From assembly GCA_963675785.1 (NCBI GenBank), contig OY776562.1, positions 1,504,001 through 1,568,000 of the forward strand: a stretch of 64,000 nt of DNA. Direction: 5' to 3'. Shown piece by piece: positions 56,848 to 64,000 of the stretch (its first letter is position 1; each line of letters opens with the position of its first letter). Made by a program: the position numbers and the translations under genes. The stretch comes from Anaerolineae bacterium (GTDB lineage: Bacteria; Chloroflexota; Anaerolineae; UBA1429). The notes below the pieces were generated by a model. The model saw only the letters and a list, made by a program, of their open reading frames with translations, ran no database searches and had not been told where the DNA came from.

Positions 56848-58653
56848 ATGCTAATTGACTCGCGGAATCAGGTACGCTCACCGCTGGAGCGAGAGCGCCG
56901 TTCGACTCTACTCAAGTTTGGAGCGGCTGCCTTGCTAGTCAGCGGCATGCTGACCCTCTACAGCCTCTACCCCGTCTTTGCCGAACCACGCACCATTCAG
57001 GCTACGCCCTCCGCTGGCTATTACGACGCAGCCGTCGAGATTGAGCTGGAAAACGTGCTGCCCATCATCTATACGCTAGATGGCAGCGTGCCCACAGAAG
57101 AAAACCACATCGCCTATGAAGAACCCATCGCTCTGGAGACAGGCACCGTCATCACCATCCAGGCGCGCACACTCGCCCCTTCTGGCAAACTAGGCGACGT
57201 GCAGACCTTTTTTTACGCCGTCGGCACCGACACCACCTTGCCTATTCTCGCTATCACCTCGGATCCCGAGGGCCTATGGGGCGAAGAAGACGGTATCCTT
57301 ACCAACTATGGCGAAAAGGGAACCGAGTGGGAGCGACTGACACTGATCACCTATTTGGATTACGGCTATAGCGACGGCACGGCCCCCTCGTTCTCGGTAT
57401 GGGCGGGGCTGCGCGTCCACGGCGATTACAGCCGGCAATTCGAAAAGCGCTCGTTACGCATCTATATGCGTCGCGAATACGGCCAGTCAGCGTTGGTTTA
57501 CCCTCTTTTTGATGAGACCACGGTGGATACGTTCGAATCGTTGGTCATCCATGCTGGCGGAGAAGACTGGCAATCTGTGCCAGACCGCGAATGGTCAATA
57601 CTGTGCAATCAACTGGCCGCAGACCTTGCCTTTGACCTGGACTTGGCAGCCACCCACTCGCAACCCGTGCTGCTTTACATCAATGGCGAACCCTGGGGCA
57701 TCTATTACTTGCGCGAACGCCCGGATGCACAGTGGTTAGCCAGCGAGTACGGCATCACCAATTCGGACATGATCGACGCCGCCGAACACACCGAGGATCG
57801 CAATGTGGTCAATGGCAGCATTGAGGATTGGGATGCGCTCATTGATTATCTAAATGAGGCCGATCTCAGTGATCCTGAAGCGTATGCTTATACAGCCTCT
57901 CAGGTGGACTTGGAGAGCCTCACGAACTGCTATTGGCTGCAAATCTATGCCAACAACGCCGATTGGCCCCAGCACAACAACCTTACCTACCGCGATCTCG
58001 ATGGCAGCGATAACCGCTGGAAGTTTGCCGTATGGGACACGGACCACGGGTGGGATATCGACTGTGTCAAAGATTTCGATATGGTGGCCTGGCTCTACGC
58101 GGAACACCCCCACACTGTGGATCGCCAGGATACGGTGCTCATCCGCGCCCTGTTAGAAAACGACGATTTTCGCGAAGCGTTCATCGCTCGAGGTTGCGAC
58201 TTGCTCAATACCTATTTCGAGGCCGACGGCGTCATCAGCCGCATCGACGAGTTGGCCGCCGAGATTGCACCCGACATCGAGATAGAGGAAGAACGCTGGG
58301 AGAGCACCACCGAGTGGAGCGACCACATCCAGCGCATGAAGGACTTTTGCGTAACACGTCCTGATGTCGTACGTGAAGATATACAGCAGCAGTTCGGCCT
58401 GGGCGCGATGTGGACATTCACTATGACTGGCTTGGACGAATCCGCCGGCCAGGTGTTGGTCAATGGGATTGTGCTAGCAAGCAGCGATTTCGAGGGCACC
58501 TATTTTGAGGGAATGGAAGTAACGGTAGAAGCTATTGCCGCCGATGGTTATACATTCGTGGGTTGGGAGGGCTATGAGAGCCAAGCGGCGACGATTACGC
58601 TCACTGAGCCCATCGCGTTACAACCTTTGTTTGAAGAATCCCAAACCGATTGA
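56848..58653 (+). CDS. CotH kinase family protein with chitobiase/FN3-like N-terminal domain
   Basis: IIYTLDGSVP, GKGxEWER-like motif, G.YSR.F.KRSLR, YINGE.WGIY.LRE, N.DWP..N, WDTD. Confidence 0.85.
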   Translation: MLIDSRNQVRSPLERERRSTLLKFGAAALLVSGMLTLYSLYPVFAEPRTIQATPSAGYYDAAVEIELENVLPIIYTLDGSVPTEENHIAYEEPIALETGTVITIQARTLAPSGKLGDVQTFFYAVGTDTTLPILAITSDPEGLWGEEDGILTNYGEKGTEWERLTLITYLDYGYSDGTAPSFSVWAGLRVHGDYSRQFEKRSLRIYMRREYGQSALVYPLFDETTVDTFESLVIHAGGEDWQSVPDREWSILCNQLAADLAFDLDLAATHSQPVLLYINGEPWGIYYLRERPDAQWLASEYGITNSDMIDAAEHTEDRNVVNGSIEDWDALIDYLNEADLSDPEAYAYTASQVDLESLTNCYWLQIYANNADWPQHNNLTYRDLDGSDNRWKFAVWDTDHGWDIDCVKDFDMVAWLYAEHPHTVDRQDTVLIRALLENDDFREAFIARGCDLLNTYFEADGVISRIDELAAEIAPDIEIEEERWESTTEWSDHIQRMKDFCVTRPDVVREDIQQQFGLGAMWTFTMTGLDESAGQVLVNGIVLASSDFEGTYFEGMEVTVEAIAADGYTFVGWEGYESQAATITLTEPIALQPLFEESQTD

Positions 58654-58673
58654 GCAAGTAAAAAGGATTATTC

Positions 58674-59357
58674 GTGGACGACATCGATATCACTCAGCTT
58701 CTTTCATCCAGCGAACCGGTTGACCTCTGGCTTCTCGTGATCGAGATGGTGCTTTGCGCCATCATGGCTTTTATCCTGGAGCGCGTCTATATCCAGTGTG
58801 CGCAGACCTTTAGCAACCGCGCCAAATTCGCCCGTAACTTTTACCTACTCTCGCTGACCATGGTGGTCATCATCAACGCCATCAAGAGCTCGATCGCCCT
58901 TTCGCTGGGGCTGGTGGGCGCGCTCTCTATTGTGCGCTTTCGCACAGCCGTCAAAGAGCCCGAAGAGCTGATGTACCTGTTCATTGCCATCGCGCTGGGC
59001 CTTGGCCTGGGGGCCAATCTCATCGCCGAGACTGCGGTGTCCCTGGGCATCATCATTGTCTTTATCCTGTTGCGGCACTTGATGAGTGCCAAGCGCCGGG
59101 CGCGTGCCGTCTACTATTTGGATATCAGCAGCACCGACAAGGATATCCTCGAACGTTCTCGGCAGGTTCTATCCAAATATGCCGCCCAGTGGAAAACCAC
59201 CCGCTATGATCAGACAGACAACCGCATTGAGCTTACCTATTTGATTGGCAACATACGCGACGATGAATTGAACCCCTTGTTGAACCTGCTACAGGAAGCC
59301 CTGGGGGTAGAGAGCGATATCCACCTGATTGCCCAGGACAGCGCGCTGGAGGTTTAG
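58674..59357 (+). CDS. DUF4956 membrane protein
   Basis: SIALSLGLVGALSIVRFRTAVKEPEEL.YLF. Confidence 0.9.
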   Translation: MDDIDITQLLSSSEPVDLWLLVIEMVLCAIMAFILERVYIQCAQTFSNRAKFARNFYLLSLTMVVIINAIKSSIALSLGLVGALSIVRFRTAVKEPEELMYLFIAIALGLGLGANLIAETAVSLGIIIVFILLRHLMSAKRRARAVYYLDISSTDKDILERSRQVLSKYAAQWKTTRYDQTDNRIELTYLIGNIRDDELNPLLNLLQEALGVESDIHLIAQDSALEV

Positions 59358-59359
59358 TC

Positions 59360-60043
59360 TTGGATGATCTACGGTATGAGATCAAAGCCACCTGCCCGGC
59401 AGCGCTGCGCCCTTACCTTCTGGTGCGCTTGAGGGAATGCGGCATGCGCAACCTCTACCCCGTGCGTACGGTCAATTCGCTTTATTGGGATACCCCCAAC
59501 GGCGGTGCTCTGGCAGCCAACCTGAGCGGCCTAGCCAATCGCGACAAACTGCGCCTGCGTTGGTATGGTGAACACGACATCCATGAGCCGCTGCTCGAGC
59601 TAAAATACAAGTGTGGATCAGTTGGCGGCAAAGAACAATTCGTCCTGAACCGAGGTATTGACCTCACTGCAAGCTATAGGATCATTCGCCAACAGCTTTT
59701 GGAAGAGGTACCGACGGGAATTTGGCGAGCGCGGCTAAAGCAGTATCCTCGCCCGGCGCTCATCGAACGCTATGTGCGCACCTATTACGGCTTGCCCAAC
59801 AGTGAGCTACGCGTCACCATTGACGAGGGGCTCACCTCGTATCCGCAACAGACAGCCAGCAGCCCCAACCTATCCCGCTATAACCCACAGTCTGCCGCAT
59901 TGGTCGTGGAGATCAAGGCACCCAGCGATGATCTACTCCGCCTCACGCGCCTTGCGGGAATTTTGGGATTGGATTACGCCAAGCACAGCAAGTTCGTCCG
60001 GGGGCTCATCAGCGATTATACTGGCAGTGTGCCAGCGGTATAA
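59360..60043 (+). CDS. VTC (polyphosphate polymerase-like, CYTH) domain protein
   Basis: RYEIK, VNSLYWDT, KLRLRWY, LELKYK, RVTID, VEIK, SKF. Confidence 0.85.
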   Translation: MDDLRYEIKATCPAALRPYLLVRLRECGMRNLYPVRTVNSLYWDTPNGGALAANLSGLANRDKLRLRWYGEHDIHEPLLELKYKCGSVGGKEQFVLNRGIDLTASYRIIRQQLLEEVPTGIWRARLKQYPRPALIERYVRTYYGLPNSELRVTIDEGLTSYPQQTASSPNLSRYNPQSAALVVEIKAPSDDLLRLTRLAGILGLDYAKHSKFVRGLISDYTGSVPAV

Positions 60044-60151
60044 TACTGGTAACGCATGGTTGAAATGTCAGTGCCTCTCCGAAGGTAAACGAGGAGTTGA
60101 ATCATCGGCCGCACGCGTCCTTCCCTTACACAACTATGGATAGCTCTGGGG

Positions 60152-62224
60152 TTGTTCACATTAGCAGCCCTGGGCTTTATGCTGTTGACTCCGCCACTCG
60201 ATGCACCCGATGCCCCCGGCCACCTGGCCTATGCTGCCTACTTGGCCGAAGGCGGCGGACTGGTAACGCTGCAAGAGGCTGCCGAAATCTCTCACGAGAT
60301 GGTACAGCAGCCACCGCTCTATTATGCCCTGGCGGCACTGTTCGATCACAACGGCTCGATGGCGCTGGCCCTGCAGTATGCGCCAGAGAACCCCTATATC
60401 GTCGATTGCGTAGGCCACAAGACCACCGTGCTCTTGCCCGATATGCCCTCTCTGGCGCAGATCGGCTTTCTCATCCCTCGGCTGTTGAGCCTGCTGGGCG
60501 GCCTGTTGGCCGTGGCCGGGTGCTGGTTGTGGCTGGCGCGCGCACTGCCCGAAAAGAAGGGCAAGCCGCATCCCGCAGCATTCGGCGCCGCCCTGCTGCT
60601 GGGCTTAACGCCCATGTTCGCTTACGAATCGGCGGCCATCACCAACGACATTCTCACGGTGGGGCTGGCTGTTTGCGCTGTAGTGCTGGGCATGGCTAGC
60701 TATCGCGACAATCGCTGGTGGCAGTGGTTGGCCGCTGGCGCGCTGGCGGGGTGTGCTGCCCTGACGAAATACAGCGGCCTATTGGCCATCGTGCCACTTG
60801 GCGTCATTTGGCTGTGGCATTTATCCGAGGATCGTTCCTGGCGCGCTGCCAAGCCAGCACTGCTGATGATCGGCGGGTTTGCCGCCGTGGCCGGCTGGTG
60901 GTTCGTACGCAATATGGCGCTCTATGGCGAATTGGTGCCCATGACGACGCTAGAACCCTTATTACCCGGCTTGATACGCACTGACAACCTTACCTTGAGC
61001 GCGCTATTTGCGCAGTTTGGCAGCACCTGGCGGAGCTTTTTCGGCATCTATGCCTGCGGCATTGCGGCCCCAGAGTGGTTGATGTGGGGCTGGGCCGGGC
61101 TGTCGCTTGCCGGATTGGTGGGGCTGGTGGTTGGCATCCTACGGAAAAAGCTGGACAAGCGGCGCTGGATCGTAGTGAGCAGCTCCTCCGCCTGGCTAAT
61201 CGCCTCTCTGTTAATGATGGCCGTGTGGGCCAACAGCCTGCTGTACACCGACCAAGGCCGTTTGCTGTTCATCGCCGCACCGGCTTTTTATGCTCTGGTA
61301 GCCCTGGGCTGGGACTGCCTCATCGATACCAGCCATAAGCTGGGGCGCATTGCCCTTATCGCCTGGCTCATCATCAGCCTGGTGTTCAGCGGTGTGCAGC
61401 TCTATGCTGTGTATGGCCCGGTGGAAACGCTGGCGGCGGTGGCGGCCGACTATCCCGTGGAGGTTACGCTAGACAGCGGCATTCGCATCGTGGGGGTGGA
61501 CATGCCCGAGGGCGCAGCCCTCTCGACGCCGGGCGAGCTGCCTATCACCATCTACCTCAGTGCCGACCAGCAGATCAACGCCTTTTACACGCTCTATGTG
61601 CAACTGGTGCTGGACGATGACACGCGTGTTTACAGTTGGAGCGGCCTGGCCAGCAACGGGCGGCTAACCACCATCGAGTGGCCGGTGGGGGAGATCATCA
61701 CCCTCGACCTGAACCTCAGCGTGGATGAGCCCATCGACGATCTGGCCACGCTGGTGATCGGCGCCTATCCCGAAGGTGAGCTCGAACAGAGCGAGACCGT
61801 ACGCGCCGCGCGGGTGCGCCTGCTCGATGAGACAGCATTGACTGGCTGGGATGACAACATCGCGCCACTGGTGACCTGGGACAACGGCATCGCCTTACTT
61901 GAGGCCGAGCCCCTGCTTAGTGATGATGGCTCGTTACTGGGCGCCACCCTGCACTGGGGGGCCCAACAGAACATCACCACCGATTACACTGTCTCGCTGC
62001 AAGTGTTGGGCGCTGATAACCAACTGCTGGCTCAGCGCGATCAGGCGCCACAAAACGGAATCTACCCGACCTCCACCTGGACTACGGGATTGCATTTGGA
62101 GGAGACCTACACCTATGACCAAGCTGTGGAGGATTGGCAGCAACTCATCGTATTGCTGTACGACGCTCAAGGGCAACGCCTTATGGTGAACGGCAGCGAC
62201 TATTACGTCATCGCCAGCCGCTAG
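60152..62224 (+). CDS. GT-C (PMT-like) membrane glycosyltransferase with C-terminal extracellular domains
   Basis: APD..GH..Y, QPPLYY, ITND, LTKY, WWFVRN..LYG, QGRLLF, YPTSTW; true start uncertain. Confidence 0.8.
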   Translation: MFTLAALGFMLLTPPLDAPDAPGHLAYAAYLAEGGGLVTLQEAAEISHEMVQQPPLYYALAALFDHNGSMALALQYAPENPYIVDCVGHKTTVLLPDMPSLAQIGFLIPRLLSLLGGLLAVAGCWLWLARALPEKKGKPHPAAFGAALLLGLTPMFAYESAAITNDILTVGLAVCAVVLGMASYRDNRWWQWLAAGALAGCAALTKYSGLLAIVPLGVIWLWHLSEDRSWRAAKPALLMIGGFAAVAGWWFVRNMALYGELVPMTTLEPLLPGLIRTDNLTLSALFAQFGSTWRSFFGIYACGIAAPEWLMWGWAGLSLAGLVGLVVGILRKKLDKRRWIVVSSSSAWLIASLLMMAVWANSLLYTDQGRLLFIAAPAFYALVALGWDCLIDTSHKLGRIALIAWLIISLVFSGVQLYAVYGPVETLAAVAADYPVEVTLDSGIRIVGVDMPEGAALSTPGELPITIYLSADQQINAFYTLYVQLVLDDDTRVYSWSGLASNGRLTTIEWPVGEIITLDLNLSVDEPIDDLATLVIGAYPEGELEQSETVRAARVRLLDETALTGWDDNIAPLVTWDNGIALLEAEPLLSDDGSLLGATLHWGAQQNITTDYTVSLQVLGADNQLLAQRDQAPQNGIYPTSTWTTGLHLEETYTYDQAVEDWQQLIVLLYDAQGQRLMVNGSDYYVIASR

Positions 62225-62240
62225 CCGTTTTAACAACAAT

Positions 62241-62282
62241 AAAAACAGCGCCCCTGCATGGTTCATGCAGGGGCGCTTTCTT
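62241..62282. terminator. bidirectional terminator between convergent genes
   Basis: AGCGCCCCTGCATG-GTT-CATGCAGGGGCGCT flanked by A and T runs. Confidence 0.8.
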
Positions 62283-62297
62283 GTAAGCAGAGGGCTG

Positions 62298-63863
62298 CTA
62301 GATCTCTTGCCGCTCGATGACCGCCACCGAACCGACCAGAGCCAGTTCCATCAAGGCGAAAGCCACGACTAGAGCACCACCGGCGGCAACACCTGTGGGC
62401 ATCGGCGCATCTACCGGAATAGCCAGTGCCCAGCTGGTGAGTGCGCCGGGCGCATAGGGTGACAGTGCCGGAATGCTGCCCAGCGTCATCACCAGGATGC
62501 ACAATCCCAGGGCAAACCCTGCAGCACTGCCGATGTTTTTGCCCAGTGTGCTGCCCAACAGAGTGAGCGTAGAGTAGACCATGGCCCAGACATACATCAG
62601 GCCGGTAGCAGCGAGAACAGAGCCAAATTGGGCCGTACCGTAGAGCTGCCAGATGTAGAACCAGGCGCAAAGCATGGAACCGGCAAAGCCCAGGGCATAG
62701 ACCCCCATCTGAGCGACCCATTTGGCCAGCACAAAGGTGCTGCGCGACAGGGGTTTGGAGAGTATCATCGGGGCCGTACCGCGCATCTTTTCACCCGCCA
62801 CAGCCGTCATCCCCACCAAAATGATGACCATAAAACCCGTCTGGGTGACATTCTGCACGTACTCGCTCATGGCATCGGCCGGAGAAGGATCGGCGAACAG
62901 CCCAGCGATCTGCTCATAACCCTCGACACCACTGAGGATCTGCGGCAGAAAATAGGCCATCAGGGGTGAGAGAATGCCAAAAAGCACCAGCACCACCACA
63001 ATGACCAGCAACCGTCGCGTACGCCACATCTCTGTAAGCTCTTTGCGCAGCTGCCAAAAGAACAGACGGCGTTGTGAAACCAATGGCGCTGGCACAACAT
63101 CATCCCTAGCGGGGCGCGGCCAAAAGTGAGCCACAATCGCCCAGGCGACAACCGCCAACAACGCTTCGGCCACAGCCAGCCAGCCCAGGCTCAGCTTGGC
63201 CGCGGCATACACCGCACCGGCATCCACCGCGGCGTGGGCTAACACAGCCAAGAGGACAAAAGCCGCACCCTTGAAGGCACTGCGCTGCCTAAAGGCTTGC
63301 AGCACCAGCAACGAAAGACCGATGTGTATGCCCAGAGTCATCAGACGCTCCAAGGCGGGCAACAGGGCAATCAGCGGCTGTGCCTTTAGAAGACTGAGTT
63401 GCCCCGACACAACGGCAAGTTGCGCCGCGCTGAGGCCCAACGTCGTCAGATCAGCATTCCACAAGGACCACATCTGCCCCAGACTAGAGCCCAGCATCAC
63501 AGCGACGAGTCCGATGCACTCGATGCCGCCATGGCCAATGCCCAGCATCAGGCCATCGGCCGTATCGCGGCGATTCTTGAGCAGGGCAAAGGCACCGGCC
63601 CGAGCCAGCTCTTCGCAGAGGCCCGCGGTCAGGCCAGCTATCAAAGCCGTTTGCCAAAGCGGCGCCGTAGCGCTGAGCCAACCGATATCGGATAACCAGT
63701 TGTTCAGCGGAATATGCACCGCCTGTGAGACGGCAAAAGTGGCCGCCCCCACCAGAAACAAGTACCAGGGCGTGCCCCGGCGCCGACGCCGCAACAACGA
63801 GGCGGCGGCAATGGGCAACGCCATGATGATCAGAATGGATACTATATATAACCAGAGGGCCAT
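62298..63863 (-). CDS. YhfC-family intramembrane metalloprotease fused to ABC-2 permease
   Basis: AGLCEELAR, GIGHGGIE, ER...HIGLS, H..VD; then KELTEMWRT, AGEK.RGT..ILSKPLSR.TFVLAK. Confidence 0.82.
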   Translation of the reverse strand: MALWLYIVSILIIMALPIAAASLLRRRRRGTPWYLFLVGAATFAVSQAVHIPLNNWLSDIGWLSATAPLWQTALIAGLTAGLCEELARAGAFALLKNRRDTADGLMLGIGHGGIECIGLVAVMLGSSLGQMWSLWNADLTTLGLSAAQLAVVSGQLSLLKAQPLIALLPALERLMTLGIHIGLSLLVLQAFRQRSAFKGAAFVLLAVLAHAAVDAGAVYAAAKLSLGWLAVAEALLAVVAWAIVAHFWPRPARDDVVPAPLVSQRRLFFWQLRKELTEMWRTRRLLVIVVVLVLFGILSPLMAYFLPQILSGVEGYEQIAGLFADPSPADAMSEYVQNVTQTGFMVIILVGMTAVAGEKMRGTAPMILSKPLSRSTFVLAKWVAQMGVYALGFAGSMLCAWFYIWQLYGTAQFGSVLAATGLMYVWAMVYSTLTLLGSTLGKNIGSAAGFALGLCILVMTLGSIPALSPYAPGALTSWALAIPVDAPMPTGVAAGGALVVAFALMELALVGSVAVIERQEI

Positions 63864-64000
63864 CAGGCGCTTACCTCCAAAAAGATATCTTCCAGGGAGG
63901 GTCTCACCCAGCGGAAAGAGTCCAACACGATACCTTGAGACACCACCAGTGGCAGCAGGCCCACCCGAGCCGCCTCCATGTCCAGAACTTGTACATGCAG
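63863..64000 (-). CDS. 3' end of ABC-2 transporter ATP-binding protein (partial)
   Basis: C-terminal RPSLEDIFLEVSA; TGA overlaps next ATG. Confidence 0.7.
   Translation of the reverse strand: MHVQVLDMEAARVGLLPLVVSQGIVLDSFRWVRPSLEDIFLEVSA

Noticed and set aside
1-64000. tRNA, rRNA, IS transposase or RAYT genes
   Set aside because: None recognisable by eye; no DDE, HUH/Y1 or tyrosine recombinase motifs in the ORF track

Overview
Bacterial accessory-rich chromosomal window, about 55-60% GC by eye with several AT-rich inserts. Pro/Thr-linker lipoproteins and GT-C glycosyltransferases suggest Chloroflexota/Anaerolineae (inference). Housekeeping-type genes lie at both ends: a polar amino acid ABC transporter, two citrate synthases, RidA, DpsL, an aldo/keto reductase and a CotH-DUF4956-VTC operon. 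The centre (24.4-36.7 kb) carries a minimal, split, co-oriented phage-like structural module: portal, protease-capsid fusion, holin-like peptide, head-tail adaptor-like, spike-like and baseplate-hub-like genes. No terminase, integrase, tail tube or replication genes are seen, and the module is interrupted by opposite-strand cargo. G/C strand skew flips sharply inside this module (about 34.6-35.6 kb), next to an anomalous AT-rich TATACT-repeat patch. It is surrounded by candidate defence genes (small alarmone synthetase plus partner, RloC-like ABC-HEPN ATPase), many tandem paralogs of surface lipoproteins, TPR proteins, and dense composite REP-like hairpin arrays that bracket individual genes. 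Best overall hypothesis (inference): a domesticated gene-transfer-agent-like element with a local replication origin in a plastic cargo region.
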